IMG/VR virus record: IMGVR_UViG_3300035668_000048
Location: 1-63,032 of that record
Direction: 5' to 3' (one strand)
Source of the DNA: a virus
Lineage: Duplodnaviria; Caudoviricetes
DNA: 63,032 bases
Shown: in pieces, positions 54,862 to 63,032 of the stretch
Position numbering within the stretch: the stretch's first letter is position 1
Layout: each line of letters begins with the position of its first letter
Position numbers and translations under genes: made by a program
The notes under the pieces: generated by a model
Seen by the model: only the letters and a program-made list of their open reading frames with translations
Told to the model about the DNA's origin: nothing
Database searches by the model: none

Positions 54862-56462
54862 TGAGCAAGGGCGTCTTTCTTCTGGAGGTCGATGCCTGGA
54901 CCGGGACCGCTGTCGAACGATTTCGTCTTGCAACCAAATCGTTCTCTTCATCGCCAGCTGACACGCCAGCCAATACGTTCTATGACGGCCGGATCGTTGA
55001 CGTAGGCTCGCTGCAACAATCGCTAGCACAAGACGGCGGGGTCTTCACCAAGGCGACAGTGAGCGCGACGGCGGCCGATCTTGCCAATACAGACGGCGTG
55101 CTGGACCGATGGTTGGGCTACGGCTTCGACGGCCGCCGCTACACGCTGGTCTGGCTTACCGGAGCTGCTCAGAACCTCGTTTCGCGCGGGATCGTGCAGG
55201 GTTTCGAGAGTTCTGACGCGAGCAAGATATTCCGCCTGAAGATGCGCGATCGTCTGGCGGAATTGAACAAGCCGCTGCTCACGCGGCGTTATCTCGGGAC
55301 CACGACAACCGCGGGTCCGACTGCCGAAGGCTCGCCGGATATGAAGGGGACGATCGTTCCCACCTATTTCGGCGCGCCAGCGGTCATGTCGGGACAGGTC
55401 GGCACTTATCTCAGTTCAAGCGTACCAGGTCTGCTCGTCAACGAATTCAATCTGCTCTACCAGTTCTGCGGCAACGCAGTTTCGGCGATCGTGGTTTACG
55501 ATGGCGGCGTGCCCTTGACGTCGATGGGCGACTACGGCGATCTGTCGTCGCTGATCGGAGCAACTCTGGTTGCGGGTCAATATGCAACTTGTCTTGCTTT
55601 GGGCATCGCCCGCTTAGGCGGGCATCCTATCAAAGTCGTAAGTGCGGACGTGACGGAAGGCGCGACATCGTCGCTACGATCGGCCGCGCGCGTTGCACAG
55701 CGCATGTTGGCGCTGATGACGGGGATACCAAGTGCCGACATCGATACGTCGACATTCGACGCGTTGCATGCGTTCAACCCGGCGGAAGTCGGCATCTACA
55801 TCAACGACGAGCGGACCGCGCTGGATGCGCTGAGCGGGGTACTGAAGTCCCCCGGGGCCGCCATCCTGCCGAACGACGTCGGAATGTTTCAGGCGGTGTG
55901 GATCGACGATCCCGCGCTCGGCACGTCGGTCAAGACGTACACATTGCGGGACTGTCTCAATACCGGCGCGTCGTTTCAGTTGTTCCAGGGGCCGACAAGC
56001 GAAGGCGACGGCGTGCCGGCCTACAGCGTTGCGCTGACGTGGGGCAAGGTCTGGCGGCCGATGACCGTGGGAGATCTTGCCGGAGATCCCTCGATCCCGA
56101 CCGATCTGGTAGGAGGGGCAGCGCGCCGGGATTTCCTGAGCCTTGCATCGCATCCATCGCAGGTCGAAGACACGGCAGTAAAGACCGCACATCTTTTCGC
56201 TTCGCAACTGACCGGCGATACGCTGTTCGTCAATAAAGCCGATGCCGATGCAGAAGCCTTGCGGCGGCTGAACCTCAACAAGGTTCGGCGCGACCGGATC
56301 GGATGGCCGGTGCCGCTCGACGATGCCGCGGGAATACAGATCGGCAACGTCGTCACGATCGACATTCCGAGGTTCGGTTACGACGGCGGCCGGAAAATGC
56401 GCGTCACGGGTCGAGCGCCAGACTTTACCAGGCGCATCATGTTGCTCAGTCTTTGGGGGTAG
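54858..56462 (+). CDS. Tail tip / hub protein
   Basis: 534 aa; VYDGGVPL motif; synteny. Confidence 0.75.
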   Translation: MMSKGVFLLEVDAWTGTAVERFRLATKSFSSSPADTPANTFYDGRIVDVGSLQQSLAQDGGVFTKATVSATAADLANTDGVLDRWLGYGFDGRRYTLVWLTGAAQNLVSRGIVQGFESSDASKIFRLKMRDRLAELNKPLLTRRYLGTTTTAGPTAEGSPDMKGTIVPTYFGAPAVMSGQVGTYLSSSVPGLLVNEFNLLYQFCGNAVSAIVVYDGGVPLTSMGDYGDLSSLIGATLVAGQYATCLALGIARLGGHPIKVVSADVTEGATSSLRSAARVAQRMLALMTGIPSADIDTSTFDALHAFNPAEVGIYINDERTALDALSGVLKSPGAAILPNDVGMFQAVWIDDPALGTSVKTYTLRDCLNTGASFQLFQGPTSEGDGVPAYSVALTWGKVWRPMTVGDLAGDPSIPTDLVGGAARRDFLSLASHPSQVEDTAVKTAHLFASQLTGDTLFVNKADADAEALRRLNLNKVRRDRIGWPVPLDDAAGIQIGNVVTIDIPRFGYDGGRKMRVTGRAPDFTRRIMLLSLWG

Positions 56463-56466
56463 GGGT

Positions 56467-57354
56467 ATGAGCGAGAATCTTGTTCTGCTCTATCAGGACT
56501 ATGCCAAAAGCGCGGTGCTCGGGGGAGGCAGCTTCCTCGCCGCGCTTCCACTCGTCAACGTCAAGGATGAGGACATCGGGAAGGTCGCGCGGACCACCGA
56601 TGCGCTCAATCTGTCGACGTGGCTAACCGCCGATCTTGGTGCAGCAAGAGTGGTTGGCGGGGTCGCGATCGGGCCGATCAATGTGTCGCCGGGCGCTAGC
56701 TTTCGAATTAGCGCGTTCAGCGACGCCGCTTTCACGGTAAGTGTCGGCGGCAGCGGCATCCAGACGGTCGCCGGCACGCTAATGGATTGGTCGGACACGG
56801 CGTTGTGGCTTTCGTGGGAAGACCCCGGTTTCTGGTTCGGAATCCCGAACATCTTCGATGGACCGAAGGTGCCGACTTATCTGTTCTTCGTGTTTCCGAG
56901 CGATGTGACCGCCAGATATTGGGCGGTCGAAGTGTTCGATTCCGCCAACAGAGACGGGCATCTTGATTTTGGCCGCCTGATGATAGCGCGCGCGGCGCGA
57001 TTGAAGCTGAGCGGCAACCCGATCAACTATGCGCCTGGGGATAATTCGGCGGGTGTCATAAAACTGTTCGACGTGACCGAGTCCCTCGGCGGCAAGCGCA
57101 CACGGTGGAATAGAGGCAAGCGGCGCACGCTGCGCGTTGTCTACCCGACAATAGACGAAAGCTCCGCATGGAACGACGTGTTCAATCTGAGCATGCTTGA
57201 CGAGGGGGAACAGGTGTTTGTGGTCCCCGATCCGACCGACACGGTGAATGCGCAGAAGCGTTCGTTTCTCGCGGAAATAAAGACCCCGCCGCCCATCGCG
57301 CTTGCGAATGTCAGTATCGCCGCAACTGCGCTTGACCTTGAAGAGGTGATCTGA
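56467..57354 (+). CDS. Minor tail protein
   Basis: ARYWAVEVFDSANRDGHLDFGRL motif. Confidence 0.75.
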   Translation: MSENLVLLYQDYAKSAVLGGGSFLAALPLVNVKDEDIGKVARTTDALNLSTWLTADLGAARVVGGVAIGPINVSPGASFRISAFSDAAFTVSVGGSGIQTVAGTLMDWSDTALWLSWEDPGFWFGIPNIFDGPKVPTYLFFVFPSDVTARYWAVEVFDSANRDGHLDFGRLMIARAARLKLSGNPINYAPGDNSAGVIKLFDVTESLGGKRTRWNRGKRRTLRVVYPTIDESSAWNDVFNLSMLDEGEQVFVVPDPTDTVNAQKRSFLAEIKTPPPIALANVSIAATALDLEEVI

Positions 57355-59648
57355 TGGCCGGCGTTTATCCGTATGACGCGACCGAGCTTGCCGCCATCTC
57401 GCGGATTGCGGTCAGCTATAATAGCGCCGTCTACAATGCCGGCACGAATCCGTATGGATTCGGCCAAGGCGGCCATGTTGGTAATTTTCTTCCCTCGCTG
57501 CAGGACACCGCTATCGCGGTGCAAGCCGCCGCCGCCGCCGCGGTTTCCTCCGGAACATCGGCCGCCGCGGCCGCTGGAAGCGCAACGACGGCTGCGGCAT
57601 CCGCTGCGAAGTTGCAAGGGACTTCCACAAGCACTGTTGAAGTGGGTATTGGATCTAAGTCGTTCACGACGCAGAGCGATAAGTCGTTCGCGGCGGGGAC
57701 GTTCTTGAACATTTACGCTCCTGAAAATCCTCTCGTCAACTTGATGGGTGGGCAAGTCACGTCCTACTCCGGGACGGCCTTGGTCGTGAACGTGACGACG
57801 ATCGGCTCCGGGAACGGAAATTCATGGAGCAATTGGGTGATCGCCGTTTCCGGCGCCCCGGGACCCGCCGGACTTACGGGATCGCAGGGAATACAGGGCG
57901 CTACGCCAGCACTGCGGTTAACCTTCTCCACAGCGACCTCGGCGTCCGATCCCGGCAATGGAATATTCAAGTTCGACAATGCGACGATCGCGAGCATCAC
58001 AAGGCTCTATATCGACAACGTCGATGCCAACGGAGCCACGATATCCTCGATCCTAGATACCTGGGACGATAGCACCAACACGACGTTGCGCGGCACGCTC
58101 TATTTCCGCCAACTGAGCGATGCCGCCAAATGGCTTCAGCTCGACATCACGGGCGCTGTCACCGACTCGACGAACTACCGAACCATTGTCGTCGCGAACG
58201 GTGTCGGAGGCACGCTGCCGGACAACAACGCGCCGGTCGGAATTGTCTTTTCTCGAGCGGGCAATAAGGGCGCGGATGGCGCCGGCGCCGGCGATATGCT
58301 ATCCGACGTTGCGATTGCGGTCGATGGTGAAATATTTGTCGCGAACGGAACGACGGGCAAGCACTTCACCTCGAGCGGCGTTACGTTCGGTGTTTCGGGC
58401 GCCAACAAGATCGGCAAGCTCGATGCCAACGTCACCTATTCGGGCACGCGCACTTTCGGCGCAACCGTTGACTTCCAGCAGCAATTCAAGCTCTCCGGCG
58501 TCATCAGCCCGACGCAGATCGCGGCGAACACCGACGACTATGCGCCGACCGGCCTTGCAACGGCAAACGCGCTGCGTCTTACGACGGACGCCAGCCGCAA
58601 CCTGACCGGCATTACCGGCGGCGCGTCGGGCCGCATCCTGCTGCTGATCAACGTCGGTTCGAACAATCTCGTGCTGAAAGACGAGACGACTTCGACTGCT
58701 GCAAATCGCTTCTCGTTCGGTGCCGATGTTACGCTCGGCGCAAAGCAATCCGTCCTGATCTGGTACGATGCGACCATCTCGCGCTGGCGGCTGTGCCATC
58801 CGTTCATTGCCGGGGTCAGCGGGCATACGGTTGCCTATCTCGATGGCGCAAATATCTGGTCCGGTGCGCAGAGCGTTGCTGCGAAGCTGGAAGCACAGCA
58901 GGACGTTTATCACTCGGGCGACATCTCGCCGGCGCAGATCACAAGCAACCAGAACGACTACAATCCGACCAACCTTGCGACCGCATCGGTGCTGCGCCTC
59001 AACTCGGACGCATCGCGCAATATAACCGGCCTGCAGGGCGGCGCGGATGGCCGTATCATCACGTGGTTCAATGTCGGTTCGAACAATATCGTCCTGCAGA
59101 ACGAAAATGCGTCTTCGTCAGCGGCGAACCGGTTTGCATTTGGCGGCGACGTGACGCTGGGGGCAAATCACTCCCATTCCATGATGTACGATGCGACCTC
59201 GTCGCGCTGGCGATCTCTCTCGTTGCTGAAGCTTCTTACGGCCGCATTGCAGGCGACGCCGGCCAATCCCACCAACACCACCAGCACGGCCGGCGTGATG
59301 ATGGGGATCGGGGGGGTGTGCACTCTGACCCCGGTGTACAGCAGCAGAGTTCGCGTCACGATTTACGGCAACTACTTCAACCTTTCGAACACCAACAGCA
59401 TCCAGCTGCAGATTCGATACGGCACGGGGGCAGCCCCTGCCAATGGCGCGGCGCTTACCGGAACGCAGGCGGGAAATTCTCTCCTAGGAAACGTCCCGAC
59501 CGCTGGCGTCGGCATCCCCTTCTCTTCCGGAGGCATAGTGACCGGACTGACGCCGGGTACGGCCTACTGGTTCGATCTGAACGTGATGGTGTTCACGGCG
59601 GGAACAGTCGGCGTGCAGAGTTTGAGCGTTATTCTGGAAGAGTTCTGA
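57354..59648 (+). CDS. Tail fibre / receptor-binding protein
   Basis: 764 aa; short collagen-like run; two ~105-aa internal repeats. Confidence 0.8.
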   Translation: MAGVYPYDATELAAISRIAVSYNSAVYNAGTNPYGFGQGGHVGNFLPSLQDTAIAVQAAAAAAVSSGTSAAAAAGSATTAAASAAKLQGTSTSTVEVGIGSKSFTTQSDKSFAAGTFLNIYAPENPLVNLMGGQVTSYSGTALVVNVTTIGSGNGNSWSNWVIAVSGAPGPAGLTGSQGIQGATPALRLTFSTATSASDPGNGIFKFDNATIASITRLYIDNVDANGATISSILDTWDDSTNTTLRGTLYFRQLSDAAKWLQLDITGAVTDSTNYRTIVVANGVGGTLPDNNAPVGIVFSRAGNKGADGAGAGDMLSDVAIAVDGEIFVANGTTGKHFTSSGVTFGVSGANKIGKLDANVTYSGTRTFGATVDFQQQFKLSGVISPTQIAANTDDYAPTGLATANALRLTTDASRNLTGITGGASGRILLLINVGSNNLVLKDETTSTAANRFSFGADVTLGAKQSVLIWYDATISRWRLCHPFIAGVSGHTVAYLDGANIWSGAQSVAAKLEAQQDVYHSGDISPAQITSNQNDYNPTNLATASVLRLNSDASRNITGLQGGADGRIITWFNVGSNNIVLQNENASSSAANRFAFGGDVTLGANHSHSMMYDATSSRWRSLSLLKLLTAALQATPANPTNTTSTAGVMMGIGGVCTLTPVYSSRVRVTIYGNYFNLSNTNSIQLQIRYGTGAAPANGAALTGTQAGNSLLGNVPTAGVGIPFSSGGIVTGLTPGTAYWFDLNVMVFTAGTVGVQSLSVILEEF

Positions 59649-59729
59649 TTCAGCGCTGATCGCGTGGCGCCGCGCGTCCCATTCGAAAAATCTTTACAAC
59701 CCCCAATCGTCTTACGGCGAGGAACTGCA

Positions 59730-60914
59730 ATGATAAAACTGACGACCGAAAGTCTTCGGGCGATCTTCCCGCGCGCGCCGCAGGCGGTCATCGACGCCTT
59801 TGTGGCAAAGCAGGACTTGCTCACGAAGGCCGGTATCAACGCGACTCGCGCCAGGCTCGCGTATTTCTTCGCCAACATCGAGCACGAGTGCGGCGGGTTC
59901 ACGATTCCGAACCTGACGGAAAACATCAACTATACCGCGGCACGGATGGCGGCTGTGTGGCCGAACCGTTTTTCCAATGCTGCGGCGGTGCAGGCCAAAT
60001 ACGGAACTGGCGCAGGCTGGCAGAAGAAAGCCTTTGACGACATCTACGGGAACCGGATGGGGAACCGGCGAGGGACGTCGGACGGGTCTACCTACATCGG
60101 CCGCGGCGGTCCGCAGTGGACGGGCAGGGACGGCTACGCGGCATTGGAGCGCCTGACGGGATTGCCGGCCGTCGCCAATCCGGCGGTTGCAGGGCAGCTC
60201 GATAAGCAGCCCGAAGTCTGTACCGCCTTCTGGACGTGGAAAAACCTGAACCGCTACGCCGACGCCGGAGACTTTATCGGCTGCGTCAAGGCATGGAACG
60301 GCGGGACGAACGGGCTTGCCGATCGTCAACACCTTATGGCCGGCAATGACCCGATCATCAAGCGGATGGAAACGGTCACCGCGATCGCGCCGTCGATTCC
60401 CGCGCCAACGGTGCCAACGCTCGCCAAGCCTACGGACAGGCCGGCAGAAAAGCCTGCCGTTAGCACCGGGGCCAAGGCCGCCGGATATGGCGGCGGCGCA
60501 GTTGTCGTGGTCGCTGGCGCGGCGGCGCAGCAGGCCGGCCTCTCTGCCCCGGAAATCTTGGGCATCATCACAGGCGTCTCTCTGGCCTTCGGTGGCGCCA
60601 TTCTCATCGGATACCGTCTCATCAAAGGAACATGGCCGTGGAACTCGACTGGAAAAGCATCGCCGGAACTGTCGCACCTCTCGCTCCAAAGCTTGGCGCC
60701 GTCCTCGGAACAACTCTCGGAGGCCCTTTCGGCGGTTTCATCGGCGGGATCGCCGGCAACGCGCTCGCCGCGGCGTTCGGCACGGAAGCAACCCCGGAAG
60801 CGGTCGGCAAAGCCATCGCGGAAGACCCCAATGCCAAGGCAAAAATCGAACAGCTCGAAGCGGACCGGGGCGAAGAAATCCGCGCCCAGGCGCAAGTCGA
60901 AATCGAGAAGCTGA
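59730..60914 (+). CDS. GH19-family endolysin with C-terminal membrane segments
   Basis: RLAYFFANIEHECGGF..ENINY, YGNRMGN, GRGGPQWTGRDGY, NGGTNGLADR. Confidence 0.88.
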   Translation: MIKLTTESLRAIFPRAPQAVIDAFVAKQDLLTKAGINATRARLAYFFANIEHECGGFTIPNLTENINYTAARMAAVWPNRFSNAAAVQAKYGTGAGWQKKAFDDIYGNRMGNRRGTSDGSTYIGRGGPQWTGRDGYAALERLTGLPAVANPAVAGQLDKQPEVCTAFWTWKNLNRYADAGDFIGCVKAWNGGTNGLADRQHLMAGNDPIIKRMETVTAIAPSIPAPTVPTLAKPTDRPAEKPAVSTGAKAAGYGGGAVVVVAGAAAQQAGLSAPEILGIITGVSLAFGGAILIGYRLIKGTWPWNSTGKASPELSHLSLQSLAPSSEQLSEALSAVSSAGSPATRSPRRSARKQPRKRSAKPSRKTPMPRQKSNSSKRTGAKKSAPRRKSKSRS

Positions 60915-61291
60915 GACAGCAGACCGAGCAGCTCCGGATTGCTGCCGAGGGCGCGCAGGACGCGCGCGAGACGCAGCTCGAATATCAGGGGCGCGGATCA
61001 ATACTTGCCTACGGTCCGTCGTTGCTGTCGGCCATGATCGTGGTCGGGTTTTTTGGTGCGATTTGGCTGTTCATGTCAAGGCCTCCGACTATGACGGAGG
61101 CGACGCTTTCCATCGTAAGCTTGTTGATCGGCAAGCTGTCGTCGTCGTTCGATACCGTCGTGCAATATTACTTGGGTTCTTCGGCCGGGTCGCGGGGTAA
61201 AGACGAAGTGATCCGCCTGCAGGCGACTAAGCCAAATCCGTCTCCCGCGGTTGTCGAGATGGTGAAGGCTGCGACCGGCAAGAAGAAATAA
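60632..61291 (+). CDS. Putative holin / membrane lysis protein
   Basis: APKLGAVLGTTLGGP...two TMs...YYLGSSAGSRGKD. Confidence 0.75.
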   Translation: MAVELDWKSIAGTVAPLAPKLGAVLGTTLGGPFGGFIGGIAGNALAAAFGTEATPEAVGKAIAEDPNAKAKIEQLEADRGEEIRAQAQVEIEKLRQQTEQLRIAAEGAQDARETQLEYQGRGSILAYGPSLLSAMIVVGFFGAIWLFMSRPPTMTEATLSIVSLLIGKLSSSFDTVVQYYLGSSAGSRGKDEVIRLQATKPNPSPAVVEMVKAATGKKK

Positions 61292-61293
61292 AG

Positions 61294-61647
61294 GTGCCCG
61301 ACATCAAGCCGGACCTCGGCCAATCCCTTCAGCTGCAGGCGCTTGAGCAGTTGGCCGGGCTATCCCGCGAAGTCAGCATCGTCCAAGGCCAGAACAACAT
61401 CATCATTCAGGAGCAAGCCCGAGCCGCAACCGGCCGCGCGGCAATGTATGAGAAACTGAACAAGCTCGACACTCTGGCGCAGACGGTTGAGCGCATTGCG
61501 CCGCTGGTAGACGCTCATGAGAAGCAACATAACCAGGCCCTCGGTGCGATGTGGGCAGGCCGGGCGATATGGGGCATCAGCGCCGGCGCGATCGGGGCCG
61601 CGGTAACGCTGCTCATCAACAAGCTGGGCTTTGGCCCGCCGCATTAA
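61294..61647 (+). CDS. Membrane protein in the lysis cassette
   Basis: Coiled coil plus C-terminal TM. Confidence 0.7.
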   Translation: MPDIKPDLGQSLQLQALEQLAGLSREVSIVQGQNNIIIQEQARAATGRAAMYEKLNKLDTLAQTVERIAPLVDAHEKQHNQALGAMWAGRAIWGISAGAIGAAVTLLINKLGFGPPH

Positions 61648-61722
61648 CCCCGAAAGCCCTCCCATGCTCAAACCAGCCGCGCTTACAAGCCGATCATAGA
61701 CAGGCAGAGGGTGGGGTAGAGT

Positions 61723-61841
61723 GCTTGCTGGCCGGGCTTGATACCGACTCGGTGAATGCCTCTTGGCCCCCGCGAGATTTTAGCCTGTTGGGTTGTTGGC
61801 GATGTTTTGCAAAGCGCGTGTCCTTCCACGCCGCAGCAAGC
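61723..61841 (-). ncRNA. tRNA-like structured RNA with expanded central arm
   Basis: Acceptor-like GCTTGCTG/CAGCAAGC; D-like GCGT-GGAAGGAC-ACGC; T-like GTCGG-TATCAAGC-CCGGC. Confidence 0.6.
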
Positions 61842-61896
61842 CAAATCACCCTACCCCATCCCCACCAAAATTGGAATCCTAAATCGGAGGCGACTC

Positions 61897-62157
61897 ATGT
61901 CCGCATTTTCAAAGAACTATTACGATCCCAACCACCCCGGATTTCCGTCTCGATTTGGTCCAGTCCAAAAGCTTCGCGCTATTGCGAAGATGAAGCCCGG
62001 CGCTGTTCCGCCGCAAGAATATCTCACGATGAAAATTGGCGGGGACATCTACACCGTCGAAGCTTGCGAAGCTGACTTGAAAGAGTTTTCCAAAGGCCCC
62101 GACGTGATCGGCTTGGAATACAGCCGGCCGATGCATCAACTGGTGAAAACTGGTTGA
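61897..62157 (+). CDS. Hypothetical protein
   Basis: MSAFSKNYY with GGAGG RBS. Confidence 0.55.
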   Translation: MSAFSKNYYDPNHPGFPSRFGPVQKLRAIAKMKPGAVPPQEYLTMKIGGDIYTVEACEADLKEFSKGPDVIGLEYSRPMHQLVKTG

Positions 62158-62204
62158 AAATCCGCGGGGCTTAACTTTCTCCTTGAGAAAATTGGGAATC
62201 CTAA

Positions 62205-62411
62205 ATGCTCAAACCAACCGCCCTTGCGGTCGCATTGCTGTGGCCGCTGTCAGGCCATGCGGGGGATCGGCCCGACAAGCCCTCCGCATGGTTCTGCGCT
62301 GCGGCTAGGGCGGCTGTCCTGACGGCTGGCAGTGAGAAGGCGGCGGAAGATGCAGCTCGGGCCCAAGGCGTCTCAGAGGCCACCATAGCGAAGGCGAGGC
62401 GGTGCAAATGA
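62205..62411 (+). CDS. Small secreted protein
   Basis: Signal peptide; two Cys. Confidence 0.55.
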   Translation: MLKPTALAVALLWPLSGHAGDRPDKPSAWFCAAARAAVLTAGSEKAAEDAARAQGVSEATIAKARRCK

Positions 62412-62629
62412 AGTGGTTCTTCAAACGCCTCTGGTGTTCCCTTCGCGGTCATCCCTACAAGGTCATCATCCCGCCACGGGACTACAGCGAGCCCATGATC
62501 ACTTGGGAGGAGCCGTATTGTTCCAACTGCGGTGCGACGTTTTCAGCCCCGAGAGGGATGCGGAGCTAATCCGGCCCTGTGCCCGTCCGTAACCGCCTGT
62601 CCTCCTTGGGGCGGCAACTTGAGCCGCGC

Positions 62630-62833
62630 TCATTCCTTCGGGAGTGGCGCGGCTATTTTTGTTTGATATCTGGCCCTCTCGCTGGCCTGCCATCTTTCGG
62701 ACCCGAAGGGCATTTCAGTATCGGGCACGGGCTTGTCGGCCGCGTGATCCCAAACGTAGTTGATGGTTTTACCATCGTTGCCGGTGACCTTCATTCCACC
62801 ATACGCTTTGCAAATTCGTCTAAGGCCGCCCAT
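62630..62833 (-). CDS. Hypothetical protein
   Basis: MGGLRRICKAYGGM...YVWD; RBS. Confidence 0.55.
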   Translation of the reverse strand: MGGLRRICKAYGGMKVTGNDGKTINYVWDHAADKPVPDTEMPFGSERWQASERARYQTKIAAPLPKE

Positions 62834-63032
62834 CTTCCCCTCCTAAGCAGCGCCATTGATTTGACGGGTCGTCAGTCCACATAAAGAGCCCACCAACATC
62901 AGCAACGTAGTGCCCGCTGGTGCGATTGAACCAAACCCTGCGGACCTTCCGAAGGCCTATACGCTCACCTTCGACATTGAAGATTGCGCCGGCTCGCAAG
63001 TCGCTTGCGATCTCGTTGCTGAGTTTCACCAT
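62820..63032 (-). CDS. Hypothetical protein (may extend beyond window)
   Basis: Overlaps the next gene; sits at the window edge. Confidence 0.4.
   Translation of the reverse strand: MVKLSNEIASDLRAGAIFNVEGERIGLRKVRRVWFNRTSGHYVADVGGLFMWTDDPSNQWRCLGGEDGRP

Larger units (their letters stand above)
820..63032. mobile_element. Lambdoid/HK97-type siphovirus prophage (right end beyond window)
   Basis: Integrase beside tRNA, cI/cro, replication, HNH/terminase, portal, protease, capsid, tail tube, tape measure and endolysin in canonical order. Confidence 0.95.

Noticed and set aside
57354-59648. Diversity-generating retroelement or invertible tail-fibre cassette
   Set aside because: No reverse transcriptase or invertase gene; the fibre repeats differ at all base types, not only adenines
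61650-63032. attR copy of the tRNA-Trp 3' end
   Set aside because: No repeat of TTCGAGCCCTGCCACTCCTGCCA found by eye; the prophage end is probably beyond the window

Overview
The window starts in the host chromosome of a high-GC alphaproteobacterium (Bradyrhizobiaceae-like by gene style; inference) with the 3' end of tuf and a tRNA-Trp(CCA). From about nt 820 to the end it is one large lambdoid/HK97-type siphovirus prophage inserted at the 3' end of that tRNA; attR is not in the window. Gene order is: tyrosine integrase, a leftward operon of small genes, a moron block (ATP-dependent DNA ligase, membrane proteins, outer-membrane beta-barrel), and a cI/cro switch with TACCCG-N4-CGGGTA operators. 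A rightward early operon follows (four DNA methyltransferases, ParB-like protein, replication initiator, DHH phosphoesterase, LuxR and NusG-like regulators), then HNH plus an initiator-like tRNA-Met, and packaging, head, tail and lysis genes. The standout is a compact module at 26,920-28,630. It comprises a structured leader, a solitary RAMP/Cas7-like gene, a translationally coupled 170-aa accessory gene, and a ~350-nt non-coding array of 5-nt NN-GGY units cut into six segments by GGC(A/T)GGC-type markers. This looks like a phage-encoded RNA-guided system whose guide information sits in the variable dinucleotides rather than in CRISPR spacers. All calls were made by eye from motifs and synteny; no database searches were run.
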